Assembly: GCF_006345805.1 (NCBI RefSeq)
Contig: NC_043015.1
Span: forward strand, 4,526,001 to 4,590,000
From: Octopus sinensis
Taxonomy: Eukaryota
Direction: 5' to 3'
DNA: 64,000 bases
Shown here: one piece after another, positions 1 to 14,089 of the stretch
How positions within the stretch are numbered: the stretch's first letter is position 1
How the letters are laid out: every line of letters starts with the position of its first letter
The notes under the pieces: model-generated
What the model saw: the letters and a program-made list of their open reading frames with translations, nothing else
Databases searched by the model: none
Told to the model about the DNA's origin: nothing
Position numbers and translations under genes: made by a program

Positions 1-40
1 TCCAGCATGGCCGCAGTCGAAATGACTGAAACAAGTACAA
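1..40 (+). mobile_element. 3' tail of tRNA-derived SINE (family A), truncated by window edge
   Basis: tccagcatggccgcagtcgaaatgactgaaacaagta matches the tails of the SINE copies at ~25710-25754 and ~61205-61250. Confidence 0.65.
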
Positions 41-59
41 TATATATATATATATATAC

Positions 60-1380
60 AAAGAGAGAAAGAGAATTATTTAAATGGATAATTTTAGGGT
101 AATGCAATATAAGCACATCCTATTGATTGTAATAATATTGTGTGCACCTAATTTGAGTTAATTTACATTTAGTTTATAATTGTTTAATTAGATTTAATTA
201 GTATTAACATTCTAATCTTAGGGTAATTATAATTGTTTTGAAGTATGTTTAGTAAATTGTTTGAATTAAGGGAACTTTACTCATTGTACTCATTTGCCAG
301 TGGATCCACTATTAACTGTACCCATTTCGTGCCAATATATTCTCTTAAATTATCTAAGTAATGATAGGAGCTATTTAGCTTTAATGATTATGTAATGCAT
401 ATTAAGCATATATAGTATACTCTGGCAGCTTGTGAGTTTTATTAATTGATATTTCCTAACATGTGATTTGGTCTTGAATATTAACCGCCTAATTGTAAGT
501 GTGTTTATAACTGCACATTGTAATGTACCTAGCTGCTTTAAAGAGTCACTGGATTACTTGTACTAGTTATCACCCCTTAACTAAAACCCGAGGCTACTTA
601 CTCTTCCACCGTTCTTTCATGCATGTTATAATATTAAGCTACTGAAGGACATAAGAGGCCTCACTCCACTTATATCATTGTCTTCTCCCCATAGCTATTT
701 TTATTGACATATCCACTTTAACAGTTTTATATTGTGACCGTGTTTCAAATTATAACTGACCAATTGTAGAGACCCCTGGATTAAACTTGCCCTATTGTAA
801 ACCATGGGTGGGATTGTCGGTAATATTTCCATCAGTACACTCCAGTTACCCTACTGTAATAATTTGGATACATTCAAACTTGAGGTTACTTCGTTAGCAT
901 AGGTACTGCCCTATGATAATCTTGTTAGTAAGCTTCTTTGTATCTTATTTTGATAACTTCTTTCCATAATTTTTTTAAAATCTTCCAGCTCCAAAATTGA
1001 AACTAACCGTACATGAATTTTAGTACTCCCTAGACCATTGCTTGTTCACTGTTTTACCTACGGACCTCGGAGGCCCAATATAGTAGATTATATGTTTTTA
1101 ATATGTTGGCCATGTTTTCTTTTCTGTTCCTTCTTCCCTTCCTTTATATTGGATGATCTTGTTTTCTACTCTGATGAAGCCTCGTGACTTAATTCGAATA
1201 TCCTATGGAGATGAAGGATATTATTTTCGCAATTACTTATAGAGAACGTTTGGCAACAGATGCGGAAACGGCCGTAATTTGTTACGTCACCTATTTGTTG
1301 TGGCATGCCTGTATTAAAAAGTATACTATAAATATGATTCTATATCAATGCATTTGTTAATCAGAGGTTTTCTCCATTTT
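60..1380 (+). mobile_element. Highly decayed Penelope-like element 3' region
   Basis: Frameshifted remnants resembling the PLE linker/GIY-YIG region (SYHP ~565; CRDP..KTCPIV ~765-800; IGT ~900), followed by a hammerhead-like motif at 1171-1275. Confidence 0.4.
1162..1280 (+). ncRNA. Degenerate minimal hammerhead ribozyme motif
   Basis: CTGATGA at 1171-1177; long imperfect stem II with AATATCCT/AGGATATT hairpin; GAAAC-GGCC-GTA at 1265-1276 (palindromic ACGGCCGT). Stem I and base of stem II pair poorly. Confidence 0.35.
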
Positions 1381-2105
1381 CTGATTGTTTGTGCGTATAT
1401 ATATATACACACATATATATTCCATTTCTGCTACGCTTGAAAGAGGTTGTGTGCACGAATATTTTTGGTAAGGAAGCATATACATCATTATGTTTGTGTC
1501 TGCGCATACGTGCTTGCGTAAATTTTCTCTTGTTTTATTGTATACCTCTTTCTACATCTGGACTGATCTTTCCATAAGCATCAACATTAATTTTCTCACT
1601 CTTAACGCTTGTATGTTCTGAAAAGGTCAAATATAGTGCACTTCATATTCAAAGCTCTGATGTAGCTATAGGATGTCTCCCAAAGAAATGTTCCCTACAT
1701 CGTATAGCAGAAAGAGCTGTCAGCTAATGAATTTCATTACATAGCGTTGGTATTTCTTCGGTGTCATTTATTTACTCGCATATGGATGTGTGCGTGTGTG
1801 CGGTGTGTGTGATAGTGTTTATATAAGCAAGTATATCTACGGAATGAGTTTTGTTGCGATACGCAGTGTTTTTGCAAAATGTATTGTATAACCATAAAAT
1901 TCCTTCACCTTAATTTTCATGAAATCCCTCTAAACAGAAAGGAGTTGGAAATTTCAAAGGCTGGCTATGACTAAATAATGGTAGACCTATGACAGTTTAC
2001 ATGCAGTATTCTGAAAACATTTTATTTATAAGTACATCGTTTCGTTTCAGTTTGAATTGTTTTAAAAATACTTTACATGTACATAGTAGTGACCTCTCGT
2101 TAAAA

Positions 2106-3010
2106 ATGGACAAAGTTTGGCTTCGTGGTGTTAACATGTATCTTCAGAAAAAATGGTTTAACCCCAAAGGACATTCATGCTGACAAGGTTCCTACACTTT
2201 GAGATGAAGATCCAGATTTATCAGAAATGAAACATGAGTAGCAATATCTAGGATAAGAAGGAGGTGTCTTGAAGTTTACTCTGCCGCTACTGCCTCCATC
2301 GAGGAAAATATTGACCATTTTAACGACTTAGTGATAGAGGATAGGTGATTGGCGTTGAATCAGGTACTCAATGCCATGGTAATATCTTTTGGGGCTTAGA
2401 GAGTATGGTGCACAATGAACTTGGCATGATGTTGAATCTATATCATTTGAGACCTGACCGCAAGCGGACCTGGTTTATCATAACACGGAAAAATCTGACA
2501 TTGTTTGAGAGAGATACAGCTGGCTTTCATCAAAGTTTCGTAACCTGGGATGGATGTTGCGTTCATGTAATGAAAACCAACTTCTTTCCATCTACCGGGA
2601 TGTTAATGGCCTCAGTTTTAAGGGAAGCAAATAACATTTAGCTTATTGGCGCTCTTCAAAATGTTCACATCGTCAACGGAGAATCGTGTGTCAACTCGCT
2701 GAAGCATTTATGGAAGGTTATAAAAAACAAATGCCGAAGAAAATTTTTTCTTCAGGACAAGGCTCCAGCACGGAATTCCCCGGTGGTCTTAATGGTTGCT
2801 TTGAACTACTTGATCCCCATCCTTATTCTCCAAATGAGGATCATCTAGTTCCTAACATGAATAAGCACTTGGTTGGTAAGCAATGTCACAGTAACGATGA
2901 CGTTATAAAGGTTGATGACTTTTTTCTTACCAAAGATTTGAAGGCTTCTTTACTAGTGGGATCGAAGCTGTGAAACATTCGACCTTAAGGGGTACTATCA
3001 CAAAAAAGTT
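2106..3010 (+). mobile_element. Decayed mariner (Tc1/mariner DDD) transposase
   Basis: Frameshifted pieces MDKVWLRGVNMYLQKK; HNELGM..LRPDRKRT..NLTLFERDTAGF..FVTWDG (first catalytic D); CFELLDPHPYSPNEDHLVPNMNKHLVG..SNDDVI (HPPYSPDL-type motif). Confidence 0.8.
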
Positions 3011-4747
3011 AACATCATTTGGTCATATCTCATGAGAATATCTTGGTCAGTCTATAAACTCGACCTAGACAGAGAATCTGAATTATACACAAATGTAAAC
3101 CGCAATTGTCCAATCTGCTTAGTGATTTTCATTTGACAACTTTTAACCTAATCTCACTAAAAATATATAACGTTCCTGAGAGATGATAAAAACAGCCAAA
3201 CAGATGAAACGTTGAAAATATTTCCATGCGTTCATGTATAGAAATGCGAAAGAATGACAATTTCATCTGGGGACCGTTTTATTCGAAGTTTTTCATTTCC
3301 GTTTCGACAATCAATTGTTATTCACTTTGTAGGTCTATCTGAGTATTGTTTAGCACTACATCATTCCTTGATCTCTTATGATAAAAATAAAGGAAACTAT
3401 CAATACAAAACGTGTTTCGGTATAAATAGAATTCTTACAACAATGAAAATTTTGATTTTCTTCTTATTTCACAATGCGTCAAATATACCGCACAGACGCA
3501 TTTAAAATCCATATTATATTTCGGCGAGTTGATTATAAGTTTAGAATTCAAAAGACACAGTTGTCTCTGTACTTCTATCGAATCTTTCGGAAACGAGATT
3601 TTCAGTAGCTTGTCTTGTGTACATTGTTACTGCAAATCTTTATACATTCTTCGATACACACACGCATGGTCCAAATTGAACATCAAGCGATTTGTAAGAC
3701 AGCCAACTATGTAACGAGTACCTTTTCGTTAATACTTTGTTTTCTTTTTGTTTTGATTTTCCTGCCATTGTAATACTTAAATAGAACGTTTTAGAAACCG
3801 GACCAAAAAATATATTTTATGAAAATAAACGTATCAATGGCGCCTTTACATATCTGGTAAAATTAATTTATCACAGAACCTGGAATATCTAGTAAAAATA
3901 ATTTATCACAGACCCTGGAATATATATGATTATACAAACACCCATAGACACATACATGCATATATGTGTATATGGATATTTGTAGGGGAATGTTTATTTA
4001 TACATGTATGTATTTTTGTAATATCAACATACATACATACATACATACCTACATACATATACATGCACACACAGGCACGCAGTCACGCGCGCACAGTCTC
4101 GCACACACGTAAACATATATATATACATGATTACATACTTACATATATGTGCATATATATGTACATACTTACATATATGTGTGTGTGTGTGTATGTGTGT
4201 GTTTATAGTGGACTTAAGCTCCTTTTCTTATAATCTTCCACTAAATACGTTCATATTTTACATGATTGCTCCATGTTGAAAAAGACTTGTGCATCATCCG
4301 GATTATATCACTCACTTAGAGAAGCGGTCGAAAATATCTACTCTGCCATGCATCTAATATATAAGATAGAAATATTGTAACACTTCTTAGTAGCACTTGC
4401 GTTTGTTAAACCTCAAGATATTTGCGTTGAAGTTATTTCAAAGATTTGTAATCACCATTGGAATCAGAGATATTTCTATACACGAGAGATGTGTTGTATT
4501 TATCACTGCGGAGATGCATACGAAATGCGACACTGAGATATACAGCAACACAAACACTGCTAAAAATTCCAGGTTTGCCATTAATATTACCTCTGTATGA
4601 ACCAATATTACAGCATTCTTATATCATCGGCATTTTCTGTTTTTCATTGAATTAGTTCTTTCTAAATATTTGATTTAGATAAACATTTTTGCACGGACAT
4701 TATTGATATCGTATCTACATTCGAACACGTTATCAATACAGTACTTG

Positions 4748-4783
<36 letters not shown>

Positions 4784-5005
4784 CATTGTCATTTACTTTT
4801 AATCTGCATGTTTGATGCAATCACCTGCCGGCGCACACCCAGCGCCCTAGGGCAAGTGAAGGTTAAGAGTTGTTGAAATATAGCTGAAAGCTTGGGGAGG
4901 GGAAGTAGAGATATATCTCCATGTAATGCAAACACAAACATTTACATTGATAGGGTTTTTCTAAGGATGTGGGCAGTACTTGTTGGCACAATCTTTTGGA
5001 TTTCC

Positions 5006-5008
<3 letters not shown>

Positions 5009-5080
<72 letters not shown>
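5009..5080. repeat. (TTA)n microsatellite
   Basis: Directly visible. Confidence 0.95.
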
Positions 5081-5139
5081 GTTTTTGTTGTTATAGCTGT
5101 TGCTGCTGTTGCTGTTGTGTTTTCTCTTTAGCAAACGTT

Positions 5140-6288
5140 TTGCTGGAGTCTTGTATGCGTAGCCGGTACCATGCTATTCATTCTTTTCAGCTATCTAATA
5201 CTCTCCTAATCCTTCTGGCCGTGCCAAGGTAGCAAAAAAATTCTCCTTATATTCTTCTTATTCCCAAGAAACCAAAAGTAATTGGCACTATCTTCACCTT
5301 CTCCATATTCCATGGCCGGGCTATGTCTTATTTAAGGTGGGTATATTTATCTGTTCACCTTCCTTCTTGACTATTCGTGGGCCAAAGGAACATGCAACGT
5401 CAACTATGTAGCATAGGTGGTGTACCTTGTCCACCATTACTAGGTCCAGTCTGTTATATTTCCAATGCAGAACTTCAGCTACCTACTCGTGTCGCTACGA
5501 GATGGTCCAGTCTGTTATTCTCTAGCCCCTCATCTTGTTGGGGTTGGAAAATTCCAGAGGATAGTGCTAGTCTCCGACTCTGATAATATCTTCGGTCTGT
5601 GGCCATACCACGTCTTACCTCTCTATTGCAGTTGCAGCACAGCAGAGACACTCGCTCATTCCTTATGTTGACCCTGCATTTCTTGACCAAAGCATGGTCT
5701 CCTTTTAAGGGTTTCTTGCTTCAGTCAGACCCACCTTTTTTTTCCAGTAACTTTTGTTGTTGCTACATGGAATCGATTGTGTAGTTCCTTCTTGTGTAAT
5801 TCTTCTCCATGTCCTTTTTATACTTCTTCCTTTGTTTTCCTTTATTTCTCTGCATTAATTAATCCTTTGTTCCTAACTGCGCTATCATGGTTTCTTTACT
5901 TTTGTGTAGGTACCTAATTAAGCTCTCGTATTCGATATGCACGCAGTCTTCCACACTTATCAGTCCCCTTATTCCATTTGCTCTCTTCATGTATAAGCAA
6001 TCAATGTATGCACGTGTATGATTTGATCACTCCATTGTTAGGATATTTCTTCACATCCTGCCCATCTCATTTAGCTTCTCTGTTCACTTGAGGATTCTAG
6101 GCCCAAACCGAACTACTGCAATTGTGCGCGAGTTCATTGCCGAAATTGTTTCAGACATTCAGGTTTGAAGCCAATATTTTTCTCACACGCTGCAGTTTCT
6201 CCATTGTGGTGTATTCCTTCGTGTCTATTCCATCTGCTTTAAGTATTCCAAGCTATTTGTAGCTGGATTGCAGTAGCATATCGTTCAT
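5140..6288 (-). mobile_element. R4/Dong-like non-LTR retrotransposon relic (post-RT region and REL endonuclease end)
   Basis: Minus strand: HTRAYIDCLYMKRANGIRGLISVEDCV; EGLENNRL; IARPWNMEKVKIVPITFGFLG; TARRIRRVLDS*. TTA repeats on both sides. Confidence 0.8.
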
Positions 6289-6337
6289 TCTTATTATTAT
6301 CATTATTAATATTATCATTATCATTATTATTATTATT

Positions 6338-6890
6338 GAGTGAGAGAGCAGTTCATGCCATCAAAGTGACACTGGGGTAAAATATACGAAGCCCAATATA
6401 CCCATCATGACTACCCGTCTGATAAAGGTACACCAGGCACATGCATCACAACCATATGTGCGCGACATGGTGATCTCATATCAAGATAAACAACACATGA
6501 CCTTGCAGGTGGGGCCCAGTTAGAATTTTCTTCAGGTTGAGTAGCCCATCCTGCTCAAACGGTCCCTGAATAAGGGTTGCTTTAGGATGTTGAACGAAAC
6601 ACCTATGTTTCCAGAGGTGAACCATTCAAACTCCAAAGAATCCCTCTCAACACATGGCCATGATGCTCCCCCACTACTTCTGCTCGTGATCAGAGATGCA
6701 CATATCGTCAGCCACTAAGGGACATGCTCAACTGGTTAAGGTCAAACAACTGACAAGCAAACCTGTGGTATTGAGCAGAATATTTGCTGTAGCCCATCTT
6801 TTATACCAAGACAAAACAATGTACATGATAACACTTCCAGTCAGTTAAGATCAGAAGCCATGAGAGCCACTGCCTGGTACTGCATCAGGG

Positions 6891-6891
<1 letters not shown>
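6338..6891. mobile_element. ~554-bp non-coding interspersed repeat flanked by (TTA)n, copy 1
   Basis: Colinear diverged copy at 7763-8311; begins gagtgag and ends tgcatcagggc directly against TTA repeats. Confidence 0.75.
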
Positions 6892-6959
<68 letters not shown>

Positions 6960-6967
6960 TATTATTA

Positions 6968-7022
<55 letters not shown>

Positions 7023-7023
7023 A

Positions 7024-7058
<35 letters not shown>

Positions 7059-7190
7059 TATTATTATTGTTATTATTATTATTATTGTTGTTGCTGTTGT
7101 ATCTGTCGTTGTTGTTGTTGGTGGTGGTGGTGATGGTGGTATTGGTGTTGGTGTTGGTGTTGTTGGTGTTTTTGTTCTTGTTGTGGTTGT
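6892..7190. repeat. Compound (TTA)n/(TTG)n/(GGT)n microsatellite
   Basis: Directly visible. Confidence 0.9.
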
Positions 7191-7194
7191 TGTG

Positions 7195-7412
7195 GTTCTT
7201 TCGTGACACAGTGTAGGTAAGAATGCACCGGAATCTTTAGTCATCTGTCAAGTCACAAGGAACTCAGACAGATAATACTTTCGTTAAGATGTGTGTTGTG
7301 CCAAATAAAGCTGCTTTTTGCAAGACATCAATCTTGCATGAGATTTCCAGTTACCTTAAGAAGTCTCGAAGTTTCAATTGGATTGGGCCCAACGCTTCGA
7401 TCACAACTGATA
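7195..7412 (-). mobile_element. R4/Dong-like element extreme 3' end
   Basis: Minus strand SVVIEALGPIQLKLRDFLR*LEISCKIDVLQKAALFGTTHILTKVLSV*, the typical C-terminus of REL-type elements; embedded in TAA/TTA tracts. Confidence 0.75.
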
Positions 7413-7571
7413 TCATTATCACTATTATAATAATAATAATAATAATAATTATTATTATTATTATTAATGTGTCATGAATGTAAGGAAATGACTGACAATC
7501 AAGATAAATGGAACCGTTATAGGTAGCTATTATTATTATTATTATTATCTTCATCATCATCGTCATCATCA

Positions 7572-7606
<35 letters not shown>

Positions 7607-7683
7607 GTCATTATTATTATTATAATTGTTATTATTATTATTGTTACTATTATTGCTGCTGTTGTTGTTGCTGTTAGTGTTGT

Positions 7684-7752
<69 letters not shown>

Positions 7753-7762
7753 AACAACTATT

Positions 7763-8311
7763 GAGTGAGGGAGATGTGCATACTATCAACGTAACACCGG
7801 GGAAAATATACGAAGTGTAGTACACCCATCATGACTACAAGTCTCTTATGGATACACCAGGCACATGCATCACAACCGTACTTGCGCGACATGGTGATCT
7901 CATATCAAGATAAACAGCGTATGACTTTGCAGGTGGGGTCTAGTTAGAATTTTCTTCAGGTTGAGTAGCACATCCAACTCAAAAGGTCGCTGAATAAGGG
8001 TTGCTTAAGGATGTTGAACGTAACGCCCATGTTTCGAAAGGTGAATTATCCAAAACGCAAAGAATTCCTCTAAACACATGGTTATGATGTTACCCCATTA
8101 CTTCTGCTTGTGATCAGAGATGCACATATCAGCAGTCACTAAGGGACACTTTCAAATCGTTAAGGTCACTCAACTGAGAAGCTAATCTGTGGTATTGAGC
8201 AGAATACTTTATGTAGCCCAACTTTTATACCAAGACTAAATAATATAGATGTTAACACTTTCAATCAGTTAAGATGAGAAGCCATAATAGCCATAGTCTA
8301 ATGCTGCATCA
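7763..8311. mobile_element. ~550-bp interspersed repeat, copy 2 (more diverged)
   Basis: Colinear with 6338-6891; left flank is (CTA)n/(TTA)n. Confidence 0.75.
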
Positions 8312-8329
8312 TGGCGCTTCTGGTTTGGC

Positions 8330-8640
8330 CCAGATTTATATTGCTGAAATGGAATGAAATGAAGAGCAGGATGGCTTGTTACAATGAATAAATTGTTGAG
8401 ATAAAACTTCATGAAATATCAGATAGAATTGAAGATCTTGAACCTCATTTCTGTCATTCTTTAGTAATTGATCACCATCTGCTGTCAATATGTATTACAC
8501 GGAGGACTGGGAATGCATAGGTATGTGCCAAAGCTCGATCATCCCTAAGAATTCTGTGATATTGAACAGGTGTCCGCGATCGTTGTCAGATACTTTTACT
8601 AATAGCTCGTCTATCTAAAAATGTTGTTTCCGAAAAGGAA
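8330..8640 (-). mobile_element. Decayed R4-like RT-downstream fragment
   Basis: Minus strand AHTYAFPVLR..IDSRW resembles the NTxAxPVLxYxFGxxxW segment. Confidence 0.35.
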
Positions 8641-9189
8641 GACGTCAAAGAGATTGGCACCTTAAGTGACATAAAGATCTCACAGTCCTCTATTAACACG
8701 GCTAATGATGAAGATAATGGTCACCTTGATGTTCAGACATTTTATGAATATAAAATTCAGTGTGTCGTTTTGCAGAGGTATGATGCGAGCATTTCGATAA
8801 CTGGCGATAAAGATTGATGCTGAGTTGCAGTCTCAGGATAGAACAGAATTCAAATCTTAGTTTTAAATTACTGCTGACATTTTATTGTTTTAAAATTCAA
8901 GTTGCATTTTATCGAAACATATTTGTGTAAAAGGTGAAAATGGCAACGCCGAAGCTAATGCGTATCCCGAAAACCGCCTTGACACTTGGCAGGAAATGGA
9001 AAGTTTGGCGTGAAATGAATAGCGACATTTGAAACAGAGCAATAGAGACTGGATAAGGGAAGAGGAAATTATCAGGTTTTGCTAGCTGTCTATAAGGGTT
9101 CCATGTGAACATAGTAAATTTATCTTGATTGTCAGTCATTTCCTTACGTTCATGACACATTCATTAAGAGTTTCAGTGTTGATAACATG

Positions 9190-9440
9190 CAGGGTCATCA
9201 CGCTGAGCCCAGATTTTAACATTTCTAGAATACCAATGGATAGGTAATGTTTGGAATTACAAAACGTGTAGAGAATACCCAAGACATGCAGTTCATCAAG
9301 CGAGAGACTGAAAAAATACCTAGGCAAAAAAAATCTGATCTGGCTGAATGTCCATTGCAAAATGCCCTGATACAAGGTGATTATTAGTGCAGCCATTAAT
9401 CATATGCTGAGGTGGTATGCCCACGTTCGAAGATATAAAT
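9190..9440 (+). mobile_element. Decayed LINE (RTE/CR1-like) 3' fragment
   Basis: HMLRWYAHVRR at ~9402-9434 resembles the RLRWxGHVxR motif. Confidence 0.35.
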
Positions 9441-10129
9441 AAATATGTCAGTAGATATTTTTTTGTTTCTGATTGAAAACATCAGTTATTTTATATTACC
9501 AAATATTTCAATTATACCTGAAAGGAGCTTCATCAAATATCAACACCATCTACATGGAATGGATACATCGAGGTCAACGATGTCCCCAATAGAAGGTAAC
9601 ATTGCATATCAGCAAATATTTGCCACGAAGCACATGGTATTTATTCATGTTGTAATGTCTCAATAAAAATAGTGTAACGTGCAATGTAAATGAGTTCCAA
9701 ATGTACATATATGTTAACGGAACACATGATACTGCTTTTCATTTACTTTCGAGCGTCAGGAACAAAGTATTCATAAATAATTTAAAGCAAATTATAATTT
9801 CTGTACACATTCAATACGAAATCGTAAACGTATATACTTCGTTTTGCAGATACAAATAGACGGGCAGACACATATAATAACTAAATATAATAATTAAATA
9901 TTGCCAAGAGACATTGATTCATATATATAAATATATATATATTTGTGTGTGTGTGTGTATCTATGTATCTGTTTCGCTCTCTCCCACTACTCTGACTCTT
10001 TGTCTCTCAATGTATATATTATGTGTGCATACATGGATACGTATGTATATATGTATATATTCTCAGACTTATATATGTATGGCTTTGTACGTGTGTGCAT
10101 TTGTGTAGGTTAGTTGATAGTGTGTTGTA

Positions 10130-10320
10130 CTCATTGTCGTCAGATTTGGGGTTTCATTTCTTGAACGAGTGATACGTTGAATTCTTCGGCAAGACTACTC
10201 ACTTCACATTGCTCAGCTCCACTCCGATGGCAAAAATGTGTATTCATGTCCTCCCATCAAAGTAGGGAATATACACGCTATAGAACATTGAAAACTGGCC
10301 TTAGGTACCTGTAGTTCAGG
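10130..10320 (+). mobile_element. Old SINE fragment
   Basis: ttcttcggcaagactactcacttcacattgctcagctccactc resembles a SINE central domain; heavily diverged. Confidence 0.3.
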
Positions 10321-10912
10321 GAAGAACTTTGCTATACTTTCACATATGGATGTGGGTTATTATATATGCTCGCGTATATCTGAGAATACTGTATAACATA
10401 ATTCAAACCTTATGCCCACGTAGCACTATGATATCCGCATTTATGCACATGCTTAGACATACGCATACATATAATATAGTCATTCATTCATAAGCTGTGT
10501 GCAGACGTTCTTAGAATCATATGCAAGCATCTACGAAAATTAGACACAGCGTGCATAGTCCATTATGTGTTTTGTTGAGTACTTCACAGGAAGTACTCAA
10601 ACAGAATTTGGAAATTACTAGTTATTTTACTGACTTCTTGAGAGGATCATTTATGTGTCGAGTGTATGTTACTGAGAACGAATATCTCTTCACAAAATCA
10701 ATTTCAATTTACGCATTGTATAACCGATTGTTATATGGATTTTCATATCAGTTTTCAAGTATACTTCATGATCAATATCTATTTAGTACGCTATTGTTAA
10801 GTTTTTACATTTCAATATATTAATATTTTCAACACACAGATATCGACGCAGATTTATATGCATACACATATACATATTTATCTATGTCTCTATCTCTCTT
10901 TGTCTCTCCCCG

Positions 10913-10999
<87 letters not shown>

Positions 11000-11456
11000 C
11001 ATATATAAGCATGTGTTTATCTATGTATCTATCTATCTATCTCTCTCTCTATCAATCTATCTGAGAGAACATATACATATACATATGTATATACATATTG
11101 CTGTGTACATATATACATATTGATATTTCTACATACTATAGAAATATCAATATGAAAACTGAGTGCAATAGAATATATTTTAAGCAACTTCAAGTAGAAA
11201 TGGAATTATTTTAAACGGAAGTTTTGTAGAAATCCGATTATAACATGTTTCCATGCATTTTGCTATACTATATAACATTGCAGAACCAGTAAAGATATCA
11301 GATTTATGGAATAGTGTGAAATATAAAACTCTATTTAGGTAATATAGTCTATAATTGGTCTATTGGCGATTATAATTTTGGGATTGCAAGAGCGTATACT
11401 TGTTACAATATTGCTTCTCCAGCCAAATAATTATAATAATGATAATAATAATGAAA

Positions 11457-11785
11457 GGCAGCGAGCTGGCAGAAATGTTGGCAGGCCGGGCGAAATGCTT
11501 AGCGGTATTTCGTCTGTCGTTACGTTGTAAGTTCAAATTCCGCCGAGGTCGACTTTGCCTTTCATCATTTCGGGGTCGATAAATTAAGTACCAGTTAAGC
11601 ACCGGGGTCGATATAATCGACTTAATACCTATGTCTGGCCATGTTTGTCCCCTATGTGTTTAGCCCCTTGTGGGTAATAAAGAAATAGGTATTGCGTCTC
11701 TGTCATTACGCTCTGAGTTCAAATTCCGCCGAGGTCGACTTTGCCTTCCATCATTTACGGTGTCGAAAACGTCAGTACAAATTCT
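11457..11785 (+). mobile_element. tRNA-derived SINE (family B) with internally duplicated central domain
   Basis: Head ggcagcgagctggcagaa; gttcaaattccgccgaggtcgactttgcctt occurs twice (~11530 and ~11717); decayed relatives at 35975-36240. Confidence 0.75.
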
Positions 11786-13009
11786 TTCCCGTGATCGATG
11801 TGTTCGACTTACCCACTCCATCAAAACTGCCAACTTTTGTCAATGTGTGAAACCAGTGTTTCGATACGCGGGCTTTGTTTCACATCCCAATCAAAACTCA
11901 ATCTTTATATATTATCGTCCCTGAGGACCGTCATCTTCAGTAATGTTTGAAACTTTATAAACACTACAGATTTCTCCAAAGACATCAAGCATCTTTCCAA
12001 GCGTTGAAAATCGCTACTTTTCAAAGTATATTTACGACGTTTTAATGAACGTTTCCATGGTGATCTGAATAAAATGGATAGTATTATTTCAAACGGGAAA
12101 TAAACGGCAGGAATTTATTTATGTTCTACTAGTGTCTGACACTTCAAATGCAGTTCAGCTACAGAAGGCATTTTCACACGAAAGTTAAGTAAACTAACCT
12201 TCACTCAAACTTCATTTGATGAGGATGTGTGTTATCTAGCAAGGGAATAATCTTGGATGTCAAAAAATATTTTTAACACAGTATGAAGATATCTTGAGTA
12301 CCAGGTAAATTATTCTTCCTCTATCACACACGCCTTGTTATTGGAATCCCTAGCATTGACAAGAGCAACATACTTACATCTATCAATATCCGGTGTGTTG
12401 ACGGGTAGCCTACAATACCGAATTCATTCTCATATAACCACAGTGCTTCGTGTTCCTCCATTAACTACAGCGTTAATCCCCAATGCAAGTTCTTTCTTCA
12501 GCTGATACTATGCTGTGATTATCAGAATATCCTTCAGCACTTCCTGAACAATTCACCAACAATATTCAATCTCCTGGGATTTTTCAGGAAGAATTGAGGT
12601 ACTTCGAGAGATGCAAATATTCTCTGTCCATTTTCATAAAACTTTGATGTATCGGTTGCATCTAATATATATCAATCAAGGTGTTATTCCAACCAGATGT
12701 TTATTTCCACATTTTTCTTTTCAGTAAGTGACAGATAGAGATTCTCTTATGATAGATGAAATATTTAGTCGCCCCATTTTTTTTTCTTTTTTCCTTTTCC
12801 TTTGTTGACGTCTCTGAAATACAAAGCTAAGTTATCTTTATCTGGTCCACTGAAACCAGATATTTGTGAGACACATAGATTTAAAACTAATAATCACTGT
12901 AATAGTTTATACCATTTCAATCATATATAATCACATACATACGCTCGCACACATACATGCGAACACAAATATACATTATACACATACATTATATAAAAAT
13001 ACACATATG

Positions 13010-13049
<40 letters not shown>

Positions 13050-13097
13050 CATATGCATATACACAAATATATGCCTATATATGTGCATGTATATGCA

Positions 13098-13177
<80 letters not shown>

Positions 13178-13579
13178 GGTAACAAGCATGCCTAGCTTTT
13201 TCGCGAGGTCATCTGTTCAAGTACAAGTAAAGGACAGTTGAACTATTGGAAGGAAAACTTCTTCATTAATATCTTTTATGGGTTAACTGAACTTCAAATA
13301 ACTTTTTTTTAAACGTACTATGAAATAAACAAAATTCCTATCTTCAAAATAGATTGGAGGAACCTTCGCCTGACAGCGTAATATTTTCGTCAGATTTTTA
13401 TTTTGACGTGATAATGTACACTTTTTTTTATTCGCCACTTCTGAGTTTGCGGAAAGAAGGTGCAACCATTGACCCGTAGAATTAAGTTAGCTCACAAGCA
13501 CACATGTCTGGGTTCAGTCTCACTGCATGGCAACTTGAGTAGATTTGTCCTATTACACTACTATAGCAGCAAGCGAATA

Positions 13580-13755
13580 CAGAGATATTGCGATTGGTCT
13601 ATAATTGCTAGCTATATTACCCATGCTTTTGTCTTTCATAAGGAGTATTGTTCTCCCTTTAGTTATCCAATCTGGTATTATTCCTCCATTAAGACAATCC
13701 TGAAGTTGTTCCTATGTAGACAACTATATTTATATAACCAATAACCTTGAATTAC
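13580..13755 (-). mobile_element. R4/Dong-like RT N-terminal fragment
   Basis: Minus strand QLQDCLNGGIIPDWITKGRTILLMKDKSMGNIASNYRPIA (RT domain 0-1, NYRPI motif). Confidence 0.7.
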
Positions 13756-13868
13756 ATCTAGTCCTGACAACGTTCGTCAACACCGTCATCAACATTATTA
13801 TTATACATCTGATAGTTCCAAGTAAATATCTAATGCCCCATCAGCTGCATTTTTGTACTGGTAGTGTC

Positions 13869-13910
13869 TATCATCATCATCATCATCATCATCATCATCG
13901 CCATCATCAC

Positions 13911-13941
<31 letters not shown>

Positions 13942-13951
13942 GTCATCATCG

Positions 13952-14006
<55 letters not shown>

Positions 14007-14041
14007 CTTCCTCCTCCTCCTCCTCATCATCATCATCATCG
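13869..14041. repeat. (CAT)n microsatellite
   Basis: Directly visible. Confidence 0.95.
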
Positions 14042-14089
14042 TTATTGTTCAGTAGTCTTATTTTTTTTATAAAGTGCTTTCAATGCACT

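Noticed and set aside
6338-6891. HDV-like or hammerhead ribozyme in the TAA-flanked element
   Set aside because: Could not build the nested pseudoknot by eye; the minus-strand CTGAAGA lacks a matching GAAA and stems
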